Shown piece by piece: positions 10,301-22,500 of a DNA stretch of 64,000 nt. Source of the stretch: Eledone cirrhosa. Taxonomy: Eukaryota. The stretch covers positions 137,888,001-137,952,000 of the forward strand of contig OZ024743.1 in the NCBI GenBank assembly GCA_964016885.1, written 5' to 3'. The notes beneath the pieces are model-generated. The model ran no database searches. It saw nothing but the letters and a program-made list of their open reading frames with translations, and was not told the origin of the DNA. Numbering within the stretch: position 1 is the stretch's first letter; each line of letters starts with the position of its first letter. The position numbers and the translations under genes were made by a program.

Positions 10301-13300
10301 GTGTTTGGTGTTTGGTACTTGGTGCTTGGTGCTTGGTGCTTGGTGTTTGGTGCTTGGTGCTTGGTGATTGGTGTTTGATGCTGCGTGTCTTGGTGTTTGG
10401 TGTTTGGTGCTTGGTGCTTGGTGTTTGGTGTTTGGAGCTTGGTGCCTGGTGTTTGCTGTTTGGTGTCTGCTTTTTGGTGTTTGGTGTTAGCTGTATGGTG
10501 TTTGCTGTTTCGTATTTGGTTTTTGCTGTTTGGTGTTTGGTGTTTGCTGTTTGGTGTTTGGTGTTTGGTGCTTGGTGCTTGGTCTTTGGTGCTTGGGGTT
10601 TGGTGTTTGGTGCTTGGTGCTTGGTGTTTGGTGCCTGGTGCTTGGTGCTTGGTTCTTGGCGTTTGCTGTTTGCTGTTTGCTGTTTGGTGCTTGCTGTTTG
10701 GTGTTTGGTGTTTGGTGTTTGGTGTTTGGTGCTTGCTGTTTGGTGTTTGGTGCTTGGTGCTTGGTGATTAGTGTTTGGTGCATGGTCCTTGGTGTTTGTT
10801 GTTTGGTGCTTGGTGCTTGGTGTTTGGTGCTTGGTGCTTGCTGTTTGGTGCTTGGTGCTTGGTGTTTGGTGTTTGGTGTTTGGTGCTTGGTGCTTGGTGT
10901 TTGGTGCTTGGTGCTTGGTGCTGGGTGTTTGGTGCTTGGTGCTTGGTGTTTGGTGCTTTGTGCTTGGTGCTTGGTGCTTGGTGTTTGGTCCTTGGTGCTT
11001 GGTGCTTGGTCTTTGGTGCTTGGGGTTTGGTGTTTGGTGCTTGGTGCTTGGTGTTTGGTGCTTGGTGCTTGGTGCTTGGTGCTTGGTGCTTGGTGTTTGG
11101 TGTTTGGTGCTTACTGCTTGGTGCTTGGTGTTTGGTGCTTGGTGCTTGCTGTTTGGTGTTTGGTGTTTGGTGCTTGGTGCTTGGTGTTTGGTGTTTGGTG
11201 TTTGGTGATTGGTGTTTGGTGCTTGGTGCTTGGTGTTTGGTGCTTTGTGCTTGGTGCTTGTTGTTTGGTGTTTGGTGCTTGGTGCCTGGTGCTTGTTGTT
11301 TGGTGTTTGGTGCTTAGTGCTTGGTGTTTGGTGTTTGGTGCTTGGTGCTTGGTGGCTGGTGTTTGGTGCTTGGTGTTTGGTGTTTGGTGCTTGGTGCTTG
11401 GTGCCTGGTGTTTGGTGCCTGGTGCTTGGTGCTTGGTGTTTGGTGTTTGGCGCTTGGTGTTTGGTGTTTGGTACTTGGTGCTTGGTGCTTGGTGCTTGGT
11501 GTTTGGTGCTTGGTGCTTGGTGCTGGGTGATTAGTGTTTGGTGCTTGGTGCTTGGGGTTTGCTGTTTGGTGCTTGGTGCTTGGTGTTTGGTGCTTGGTGT
11601 TTTGTGTTTGGTGTTTGGTGCTTGGTGTATGTACTTGGTGCTTGGTGCTTGGTGTTTGGTGCTTGGTGCTTGGTGTTTTGTGTTTGGTGTTTGGTGCTTG
11701 GTGTATGTACTTGGTGCTTGGTGATTGGTGTTTGGTGCATGGTGCTTGATGTTTGGGGCTTGGTGCCTGGTGCTTGGTGTTTGGTGCTTGGTGCTTGGTG
11801 CTTGGTGTTTGGTGTTTGGTGCTTGGTGCTTGGTGTTTGGTGCTTGGTGTTTGGTGCTTGGTGTTCGGTGCTTGGTGCTTGGTGCTTGGTACTTGGTGTT
11901 AGGTTTTTGGTGCTTGGTGCTTGGTGTTTGATGTTTGGTCCTTGGTGCTTGGTGTTTGGTGTTTGGTGCTTGGTGCTTGGTGTTTCGTGTTTGGTGCTTG
12001 CTGCTTGCTGCTTGGTGTTTGGTGCTTGGTGATTGGTGCTTGGTGTTTGGTGCTTGGTGCTTGGTGCTTGGTGTTTGGTGTTTGGTGCTAGGTGCTTGGT
12101 GCTTGGTGCTTGGTGTTTGGTGCTTGGTGCTTGGTGTTTGGTGTTTGGTGCTTGGTGCTTGGGGCTTGGTGTTTGGTGCTTGGTGCTTGCTGTTTGGTGC
12201 TTGGTGCTTGGTGCTTGGTGCTTGGTGCTTGGTGTTTGGTGCTTGCTGCTTGGTGCTGGGTGGTTGATGTTTGGTGCTTGGTGCTTGGTGTTTGGTGCTT
12301 GGTGCTTTGTGCTTATTGTTTGGTGCTTGGTGCTTGGTGCTTGGTCTTTGGTGCTTGGTGTTTGGTGTTTGTGCTTGGTGCTTGGTGCTTGGTGTTTGGT
12401 GCTAGGTGCTTGACGCTTGGTGTTTGGTGCTTGGTGCTTGGTGCTTGGTGATTAGTGTTTGGTGCTTGGGGTTTGGTGTTCGGTGTTTGCTGTTTGGTGT
12501 TTGCTGTTTGGTGTCTGCTGTTTGGTGTTTGGTGTTTGCTGTATGGTGTTTGTTGTTTTGTGTTTCGTGTTTGCTGTTTGGTATTTGGTGCTTGGTGCTT
12601 GGTGCTTGGTGCTTGGTGCTTGGTGGCTGGTGTTTGGTGCTTGGTGTTTGGATTTTGGTGCTTGGTGCTTGGTGCCTGGTGTTTCGTGCTTGGTGCTTGG
12701 TGCTTGGTGTTTGGTGTTTGGTGCTTGGTGTTTGGTGTTTGGTACTTGGTGCTTGGTGCTTGGTGCTTGGTGTTTGGTGTTTGGTGCTTGGTGCTTGGGG
12801 CTTGGTGTTTGGTGCTTGGTGCTTGGTGCTTGGTGTTTAGTGTTTGGTGTTTGGTGCTTGGTGTTTGGTGCTTGGTGCTTGGTGCTGGGTGGTTGGTGTT
12901 TGGTGCTTGGTGCTTGGTGTTTGGTGCTTGGTGCTTGGTGCTTGTTGTTTGGTGCTTGGTCCTTGGTGCTTGGTCTTTGGTGCTTGGAGTTTGGTTGTTG
13001 GTGCTTGGTGCTTGGTGTTTGGGGTTTGGTGTTTGCTGTTTGGTGTTTGCTGTTTGGTGTCTGCTTTTTGGTGTTTGGTGTTTGCTGTATGGTGTTTGCT
13101 GTTTCGTATTTGGCTTTTGCTGTTTGGTGTTTGGTGTTTGCTGTTTGGTGTATGGTGTTTGGTGTTTGGTGCTTTGTGCTTGGTGCTTGGTGTTTGGCAT
13201 TTGGTGCTTGGTGCTTGGTGTTTGGTGCTTGGTGCTTGGTGCTTGGTGTTTGGTGTTTGGTGCTTGGTGCTTGGTGCTTGTTGTTTGGTGTTTGGTGCTT

Positions 13301-15400
13301 AGTGCTTGGTGTTTTGTGTTTGGTGCTTGGTGCTTGGTGGCTGGTGGTTGGTGCTTGGTGTTTGGTGTTTGGTGCTTGGTGCTTGGTGCCTGGTGTTTGG
13401 TGCCTGGTGCTTGGTGCTTGGTGTTTGGTATTTGGTGCTTGGTGTTTGGTGTTTGGTCCTTGGTGCTTGGTGCTTGGTCTTTGCTGCTTGGGGTTTGGTG
13501 TTTGGTGCTTGGTGCTTGGTGTTTGGTGCCTGGTGCTTGGTGCTTGGTGTTTGGTGTTTAATGCTTGGTGCTTGGTGCTTGGTGTTTGGTGCTTGGTGCT
13601 TGGTGCTTGGTGTTTGGCGTTTGCTGTTTGCTGTTTGCTGTTTGGTGCTTGCTGTTTGGTGTTTGGTGTTTGGTGTTTGGTGTTTGGTGCTTGCTGTTTG
13701 GTGTTTGGTGCTTGGTGCTTGGTGATTAATGTTTGGTGCATGGTCCTTGGTGTTTGTTGTTTGGTGCTTGGTGCTTGGTGTTTGGTGCTTGGTGCTTGCT
13801 GTTTGGTGGTTGGTGCTTGGTGTTTGGTGTTTGGTGTTTGGTGCTTGGGGCTTGGTGTTTGGTGTTTGGTGCTTGCTGCTTGGTGCTTGGTGCTTGGTGT
13901 TTGGTGCTTGGTGCTTGGTGCTTGGTGTTTGGCGTTTGATGTTTGCTGTTTGGTGTTTGGTGTTTGCTGTTTGGTGTTTGCTGTTTGGTGTTTGGTGCTT
14001 GGTGCTTGGTGGCTGGTGTTTGGTGCTTGGTGTTTGGATTTTGGTTCTTGGTGCTTGGTGCCTGGTGTTTCGTGCTTGGTGCTTGGTGCTTGGTGTTTGG
14101 TGTTTTGTGCTTGGTGTTTGGTGTTTGGTACTTGGTGCTTGGTGCTTGGTGCTTGGTGTTTGGTGCTTGGTGCTTGGTGATTGGTGTTTGATGCTGCGTG
14201 CTTGGTGTTTGGTGTTTGGTGCTTGGTGCTTGGTGTTTGGTGTTTGGAGCTTGGTGCCTGGTGCTTGTTGTTTGGTGCCTGGTGCTTGTTGTTTGGTGCT
14301 TGGTGCTTGGTGGTTGGTGCTTGGTGTTAGGTGTTTGGTGCTTGGTGCTTGGTGTTTGATGTTTGGTCCCTGGTGCTTGGTGTTTGGTGTTTGGTGCTTG
14401 GTGCTTGGTGTTTGGTGATTGGTGCTTGCTGCTTGGTGCTTGGTGTTTTGTGTTTGGAGTTTGGTGCTTGGTGTTTGGTGCTTCGGTCTTGGTGCTTGGT
14501 GTTTGGTGCTTGGTGCTTGGTGTTTGGTGCTTGGTGCCTGGTGCTTGGTGTTTGGTGCTTGGTGCTTGGTGTTTGGTGATTGGTGCTTGGTGTTTGGTGC
14601 TTGGTGCTTGGTGCTTGGTGCTTGGTGTTAGGTGTTTGGTGCTTGGTGCTTGGTGTTTGATGTTTGGTGCTTGGTGCTTGGTGTTTGGTGTTTGGTGCTT
14701 GGTGCTTGGTGTTAGGTGTTTGGTGCTTGCTGCTTGCTGCTTGGTGTTTGGTGCTTGGTGATTGGTGCTTGGCGTTTTGTGCTTGGTGCTTGGTGTTTGG
14801 TGTTTGGTGCTAGGGGCTTGGTGCTTGGTGCTTGGTGTTTGGTGCTTGGTGCTTGCTGTTTGGTGTTTGGTGCTTGGTGCGTGGGACTTAGTGTTTGGTG
14901 TTTGGTGCTTGGTGTTTGGTGATTGGTGTTTGGGGCTTGGTGTTCGGTGCTTGGTGCTTGGTGCTTGGGGCTTGGTGTTTGGTGTTTGGTGCTTGGTGCT
15001 TGGTGTTTGATGTTGGGTCCTTGGTGCTTGGTGTTTGGTCTTTGGTGCTTGGTGTTTGGTGTTTGGTGCTTGGTGCTTGATGTTTGGTGTTTGGTGCTTG
15101 GTGCTTGGGGCTTGGTGTTTGGTGCCTGGGGCTTGGTGTTTGGTGTTTGGTGCTTGGTGCTTGGGGCTTGGTGTCTGGTGCTTGGTGCTTGGTGCTTGGT
15201 GTTTAGTGTTTGGTGTTTGGTGCTTGGTGTTTGGTGCTTGGTGCTTGGTGCTGGGTGGTTGGTGTTTGGTGCTTGGTGCTTGGTGTTTGGTGCTTGGTGC
15301 TTGGTGCTTGTTGTTTGGTGCTTGGTGCTTGGTGCTTGGTCTTTGGTGCTTGGAGTTTGGTGGTTGGTGCTTGGTGCTTGGTGTTTGGTGCCTGGTGCTT
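7400..15400 (+). repeat. Diverged duplication with a 5.2-5.5 kb offset (~7.4-10.2 kb against ~12.8-15.4 kb)
   Basis: Similar ORF pairs: 9521/14762, 9654/14895 and 9794/15035 (offset 5241), 8313/13729 (5416) and 7848/13306 (5458). Boundaries are approximate. Confidence 0.75.
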
Positions 15401-16580
15401 GGTGCTTCGTGTTTGGCGTTTGCTGTTTGCTGTTTGCTGTTTGGTGCTTGCTGTTTGGTGTTTGGTGTTTGGTGTTTGGTGTTTGGTGTTTGCTGTTTGC
15501 TGTATGGTGTTTGCTGTTTCGTATTTGGTTTTTGCTGTTTGGTGTTTGGTGTTTGCTGTTTGGTGTTTAGTGTTTGGTGCATGGTCCTTGGTGTTTGTTG
15601 TTTGGTGCTTGGTGCTTGGTGTTTGGTGCTTGGTGCTTGCTGTTTGGTGCTTGGTGCTTGGTGTTTGGTGTTTGGTGTTTGGTGCCTGGTGCTTGGTGTT
15701 TGGTGCTTGGTGCTTGGTGCTGGGTGTTTGTTGCTTGGTGCTTGGTGTTTGGTGCTTGGTGCTTGGTGCTTGGTGCTTGGTGCTTGGTGTTTGGTCCTTG
15801 GTGCTTGGTGCTTGGTCTTTGGTGCTTGGGGTTTGGTGTTTGGTTATTGGTGCTTGGTGTTTGGTGGTTGGTGCTTGGTGCTTGGTGTTTGGTGTTTGGT
15901 GCTTGCTGCTTGGTGCTTGGTGTTTGATGCTTGGTGCGTGGGACTTGGTGTTTGGTGCTTGGTTCGTGGGACTTGGTGTTTGGTGCTTGGTGTTTGGTGC
16001 TTGGTGTTTGGTGCTTGGTGCTTGGTGCTTGGTGTTTGGTGTTTGATGCTTGCTGCCTGGTGCTTGGTGTTTTGTGTTTGGAGCTTGGTGCTTGGTGTTT
16101 GGTGCTTCGGTCTTGGTGCTTGGTGTTTGGTGCTTGGTGCTTGGTGTTTGGTGCTTGGTGCCTGGTGCTTGGTGTTTGGTGCTTGGTGCTTGGTGTTTGG
16201 TGATTGGTGCTTGGTGTTTGGTGCTTGGTGCTTGGTGCTTGGTGCTTGGTGTTTGGTGTTTGGTGCTTGGTGCTGGGTGGTTGGTGTTTGGTGCTTGGTG
16301 CTTGGTGTTTGGTGCTTGGTGCTTGGTGCTTGTTGTTTGGTGCTTGGTGCTTGGTGCTTGGTCTTCGGTGCTTGGAGTTTGGTGGTTGGTGCTTGGTGCT
16401 TGGTGTTTGGTGTTTGGTGTTTGCTGTTTGGTGTTTGCTGTTTGGTGTCTGCTTTTTGGTGTTTGGTGTTTGCTGTATGGTGTTTGCTGTTTCGTATTTG
16501 GTTTTTGCTGTTTGGTGTTTGGTGTTTGCTGTTTGGTGTTTGGTGTTTGGTGTTTGGTGCTTTGTGCTTGGTGCTTGGTG

Positions 16581-19500
16581 TTTGGCATTTGGTGCTTGGT
16601 GCTTGGTGTTTGGTGCTTGGTGCTTGGTGTTTGGTGTTTGGTGCTTGGTGCCTGGTGCTTGTTGTATGCTGTTTGGTGCTTGGTGCTTGGTGTTTGGTGT
16701 TTGCTGCTTGGTGTCTGGTGTTTGGTGCTTGGTGTTTGGTGTTTGGTGCTTGGTGCTTGGTGCTTGGTATTTGGTGTTTGATGCTTGGTGCTTGGTGATT
16801 GTTGTTTGGTGCTGGGTGCTTGGAGTTTGGTGCTTGGTGCTTGGTGCTTAGTGTTTGGTGTTTGGTGTTTGGTGCTTGGTGTTGGGTATTTGGTGTTTGA
16901 TGCTTGGTGTGTGCTGCTTGGTGCTTGGTGCTTGGTGTTTTGTGTTTGGTGCTTGGTGCTTGGTGCCTGGTGCTTGGTGCTTGGTGCTTGTTGTTTGGTG
17001 CTTGGTGCTTGGTGATTAGTGTTTGGTGCTTGGTGCTTGGGGTTTGCTGTTTGGTGCTTAGTGCTTGGTGTTTGGTGCTTGGTGCTTGGTGTTTGGTGTT
17101 TGGTGCTTGGTGCTTGGTGTTTGGGTTTTGGTGCTTGGTGCTTGGTGTTTGGTGTTTGGTGCTTGGTGTTTGGTGCTTGGTGTTTGGTGCTGAGTGCTTG
17201 GTGTTTGGTGTTTGATGCTTGGTGTTTGATGCTTGTTGCTTGGTGCTTGGTGTTTTGTGTTTGGTGTTTGGTGCTTGGTGTATGTACTTGGTGCTTGGTT
17301 CTTGGTGTTTGGTGCTTGGTTCTTGGTGTTTGGTGATTGGTGCTTGGTGCTTGGTGTTTGGTGCTTGGTGCTTGGTGTTTGGTACTTGGTGCTTGGTGTT
17401 TGGTTTTTGATGCTTGGTGTTTGATGCTTGGTGCTTGGTTCTTGGTGTTAAGTGTTTGGGGCTTGGTGCTTGGTGCATGGTGCTTGGTGTTTGGTGCTTG
17501 GTGCCTGGTGCTTGGTGTTTGGTGCTTGGTGCTTGGTGCTTGGTGTTTGGTGCTTGGTATTTGGTGCTTGGTGCTTGGTGTTTGGTGCTTGGTGTTTGGT
17601 GCTTGGTGTTCGGTGCTTGGTGCTTGGTGTTTGGTGCTTGGTGTTAGGTGATTGGTGCTTGGTGCTTGGTGTTTGATGTTTGATCCTTGGTGCTTGATGT
17701 TTGGTGCTTGGTGCTTGGTGTTTGGTGTTTGGTGCTTGCTGCTTGCTGCTTGGTGTTTGGTGCTTGGTGATTGGTGCTTGGTGTTGGGTACTTGGTGCTT
17801 GTTGTTTGGTGTTTGGTGCTAGGTGCTTGGTGCTTGGTGCTTGGGGTTTGGTGCTTGGTGCTTGGTGTTTGGTGTTTGGTGCTTGGTGCTTGGGGCTTGG
17901 TGTTTGGTGCTTTGTGCTTGGTGCTTGTTGTTTGGTGCTTGGTGCTTGGTGCTTCGTGTTTGGTGTTTGGTGTTTGGTGCTTGGTGTTTGGTGCTTGGTG
18001 CTTGGTGCTGGGTGGTTGGTGTTTGGTGCTTGGTGCTTGGTGTTTGGTGCTTGGTGCTTGGTGCTTGTTGTTTGGTGCTTGGTGCTTGGTGCTTGGTCTT
18101 TGGTGCTTGGAGTTTTGTGGTTGGTGCTTGGTGCTTGGTGTTTTGTGTTTGGTGTTTGCTGTTTGGTGTTTGCTGTTTGGTGTCTGCTTTTTGGTGTTTG
18201 GTGTTTGCTGTATGGTGTTTGCTGTTTCGTATTTGGTTTTTGCTGTTTGGTGTTTGCTGTTTGGTGCTTGGTGTTTGGTGTTTGGTGCTTGGTGCCTGGT
18301 GCTTGTTGTATGCTGTTTGGTGCCTGGTGCTTGGTGTTTGGTGTTTGGTGTTTGGTGCTTGGTGTCTGGTGTTTGGTGTTTGGTGTTTGGTGCTTGCTGC
18401 TTGGTGTTTGGGTTTTGGTGCTTGGTGCTTGGTGTTTGGTGTTTGGTGCTTGGTGTTTGGTGCTTGGTGTTTGGTGCTGAGTGCTTGGTGTTTTGTGCTT
18501 GGTGCGTGGTGCTTGGTGTTTGGTGTTTGGTGCTTGGTGCTTGGTGTTTGGTGTTTGATGCTTGGTGTTTGATGCTTGTTGCTTGGTGCTTGGTGTTTTG
18601 TGTTTGGTGTTTGGTGCTTGGTGTATGTACTTGGTGCTTGGTTCTTGGTGTTTGGTGCTTGGTTCTTGGTGTTTGGTGATTGGTGCTTGGGGCCTGGTGT
18701 TTGGTGCTTGGTGCTTGGTGTTTGGTACTTGGTGCTTGGTGTTTGGTTTTTGATGCTTGGTGTTTGATGCTTGGTGCTTGGTGCTTGGTGTTAAGTGTTT
18801 GGGGCTTGGTGCTTGTTGCATGGTGCTTGGTGTTTGGTGCTTGGTGCCTGGTGCTTGGTGTTTTGTGCTTGGTGCTTGGTGCTTGGTGTTTGGTGCTTGG
18901 TATTTGGTGCTTGGTGCTTGGTGTTTGGTGCTTGGTGTTTGGTGCTTGGTGTTCGGTGCTTGGTGCTTGGTGTTTGGTGCTTGGTGTTAGGTGATTGGTG
19001 CTTGGTGCTTGGTGTTTTATGTTTGATCCTTGGTGCTTGGTGTTTGGTGCTTGGTGCTTGGTGTTTGGTGTTTGGTGCTTGGTGCCTGGTGCTTGTTGTA
19101 TGCTGTTTGGTGCTTGGTGCTTGGTGTTTGGTGTTTGCTGCTTGTTGTCTGGTGTTTGGTGCTTGGTGTTTGGTGTTTGGTGCTTGGTGCTTGGTGCTTG
19201 GTATTTGGTGTTTGGTGCTTGGTGCTTGGTGTTTGTTGTTTGGAGGTGGGTGCTTGGAGTTTGGTTCTTGGTGCTTGGTGCTTAGTGCTTGGTGTTTGGT
19301 GTTTGGTGCTTGGTGTTGGGTGTTTGGTGTTTGATGCTTGGTGTGTGCTGCTTGGTGCTTGGTGCTTGGTGTTTTTTGTTTGGTGCTTGGCGCTTGGTGC
19401 CTGGTGCTTGGTGCTTGGTGCTTGTTGTTTGGTGATTGGTGCTTGGTGATTAGTGTTTGGTGCTTGGTGCTTGGGGTTTGCTGTTTGGTGCTTGGTGCTT

Positions 19501-22500
19501 GGTGTTTGGTGTTTGGTGTTTGGTGCTTGGTGTCTGGTGTTTGGTGTTTGGTGTTTGGTGCTTGGTGCTTGGTGTTTGGGTTTTGGTGCTTGGTGCTTGG
19601 TGTTTGGTGTTTGGTGCTTGGTGTTTGGTGCTTGGTGTTTGGTGCTGAGTGCTTGGTGTTTTGTGCTTGGTGCGTGGTGCTTGGTGTTTGGTGTTTGGCG
19701 CTTGGTGCTTGGTGTTTGGTGTTTGATGCTTGGTGTTTGATGCTTGTTGCTTGGTGCTTGGTGTTTTGTGTTTGGTGTTTCGTGCTTGGTGTATGTACTT
19801 GTTGCTTGGTTCTTGGTGTTTGGTGCTTGGTTCTTGGTGTTTGGTGATTGGTGCTTGGTGCTTGGTGTTTGGTGCTTGGTGCTTGGTGTTTGGTACTTGG
19901 TGCTTGGTGTTTGGTTTTTGATGCTTGGTGTTTGATGCTTGGTGCTTGGTGCTTGGTGTTTAAGTGTTTGGGGCTTGGTGCTTGGTGCATGGTGCTTGGT
20001 GTTTGGTGCTTGGTGCCTGGTGCTTGGTGTTTGGTGCTTGGTGCTTGGTGCTTGGTGTTTGGTGCTTGGTATTTGGTGCTTGGTGCTTGGTGTTTGGTGC
20101 TTGGTGTTTGGTGCTTGGTGTTCGGTGCTTGGTGCTTGGTGTTTGGTGCTTGGTGTTAGGTGATTGGTGCTTGGTGCTTGGTGTTTGATGTTTGATCCTT
20201 GGTGCTTGGTGTTTGGTGCTTGGTGCTTGGTGTTTGGTGTTTGGTGCTTGTTGCTTGCTGCTTGGTGTTTGGTGCTTGGTGATTGGTGCTTGGTGTTGGG
20301 TACTTGGTGCTTGTTGTTTGGTGTTTGGTGCTAGGTGCTTGGTGCTTGGTGCTTGGGGTTTGGTGCTTGGTGCTTGGTGTTTGGTGTTTGGTGCTTGGTG
20401 CTTGGGGCTTGGTGTTTGGTGCTTTGTGCTTGGTGCTTGGTGTTTGGTGCTTGGTGCTTGGTGCTTCGTGTTTGGTGTTTGGTGTTTGGTGCTTGGTGTT
20501 TGGTGCTTGGTGCTTGGTGCTGGGTGGTTGGTGTTTGGTGCTTGGTGCTTGGTGTTTGGTGCTTGGTGGTTGGTGCTTGGGGTTTGGTGCTTGGTGCTTG
20601 GTTCTTGGTGCTTGGTCTTTGGTGCCTGGTGTTTGGTGTTTGGTGCTTGGTGCTTGGTGTTTGATGCTTGGTGCTTGGTGATTGGTGTTTGGTGCTTGGT
20701 GCTTGGTGCTTGGTGATTAGTGTTTGGTGCTTGGTGCTTGGTGCCTGGTGCTTGGTGTTTGGTGCTTGTTGTTTGATGCTTGGTGCTTGGTGATTAGTGT
20801 TTGGTGCTTGGTGCTTGGGGTTTGGTGTTTGGTGCTTGGGGTTTGGTGTTTGGTGCTTGGTGGTTGGTGTTTGGTGCTTGGTGCTTGGTGTTTGGTGCTT
20901 GGTGCTTTGTGTTTGATGCTTGGTGTTTGGTGCTTGGTGCTTGATGCTTGGTGCTTGGTGTTAGGTGTTTGGTGCTTGGTCCTTGGTGTTTGATGTTTGG
21001 TCCTTGGTGCTTGGTGTTTGGTGTTTGGTGCTTGGTGCTAGGTGTTTTGTGTGTGGTGCTTGATGCTTGGTGCTTGGTGTTTTGTGTTAGGAGTTTGGTG
21101 CTTGATGTTTGGTGCTTCTGTCTTGGTGCTTGGTGTTTGGTGTTTGGTGTTTGGTGTATGGTGCTTGGTGCTTTGTGTTTGGTGCTTCGTGCTTGGTGCT
21201 TGGTGTTTGGTGCATGGTGCTTGGTGTTTGGGGCTTGGTGCCTGGTGCTTTGTGTTTGGTGCTAGGTGCTTGGTGCTTGGTGTTAGGCGTTTGGTGCTTG
21301 GTGCTTGGTGTTTGATGTTTGGTCCTTGGTGCTTGGTGTTTGGTATTTGGTGCTTGGTGCTTGGTGTTTGGTGTTTGGTGCTTGCTGCTTGCTGCTTGGT
21401 GTTTGGTGCTTGGTGATTGGTGCTTGGTGTTTTGTGCTTGGTGCTTGGTGTTTGGTGTTTGGTGCTAGGGGCTTGGTGCTTGGTGCTTGGTGTTTGGTGC
21501 TTGGTGCTTGGTGTTTGGTGTTTGGTGCTTGGTGCGTGGGACTTGGTGTTTGGTGCTTGGTGTTTGGTGCTTGGTGTTTGGTGCTTGGTGCTTGGTGCTT
21601 GGTGTTTGGTGTTTGGTGCTTGGTATTTGGTGATTGGTGCTTGGTGCTTGGTGTTTGGTGCTTGGTGCTTGGTGTTTGGTACTTGGTGCTTGGTGTTTGG
21701 TCTTTGGTGCTTGGTGTTTGGTGCTTGGTGCTTGGTGCTTGGTGCTTGGTCTTAAGTGTTTGGGGCTTGGTGCTTGGTGCATGGTGCTTGGTGTTTGGTG
21801 CTTGGTGCCTGGTGCTTGGTGTTTGTTGCTTGGTGCTTGGTGCTTTGTGTTTGGTGCTTGGTATTTGGTGCTTGGTGCTTGGTGTTTGGTGCTTGGTGTT
21901 TGGTGCTTGGTGTTCGGTGCTTGGTGCTTGGTGTTTGGCATTTGGTGCTTGGTGCTTGGTGTTTGGTGCTTGGTGCTTGGTGTTTGGTGTTTGGTGCTTG
22001 GTGCCTGGTGCTTGTTGTATGCTGTTTGGTGCTTGGTGCTTGGTGTTTGGTGTTTGCTGCTTGGTGTCTGGTGTTTGGTGCTTGGTGTTTGGTGTTTGGT
22101 GCTTGGTGCTTGGTGCTTGGTATTTGGTGTTTGGTGCTTGGTGCTTGGTGATTGTTGTTTGGTGCTGGGTGCTTGGAGTTTGGTGCTTGGTGCTTGGTGC
22201 TTAGTGCTTGGTGTTTGGTGTTTGGTGCTTGGTGTTGGGTGTTTGGTGTTTGATGCTTGGTGTGTGCTGCTTGGTGCTTGGTGCTTGGTGTTTTGTGTTT
22301 GGTGCTTGGTGCTTGGTGCCTGGTGCTTGGTGCTTGGTGCTTGTTGTTTGGTGCTTGGTGCTTGGTGATTAGTGTTTGGTGCTTGGTGCTTGGGGTTTGC
22401 TGTTTGGTGCTTGGTGCTTGGTGTTTGGTGCTTGGTGCTTGGTGTTTGGTGTTTGGTGCTTGGTGCTTGGTGTTTGGGTTTTGGTGCTTGGTGCTTGGTG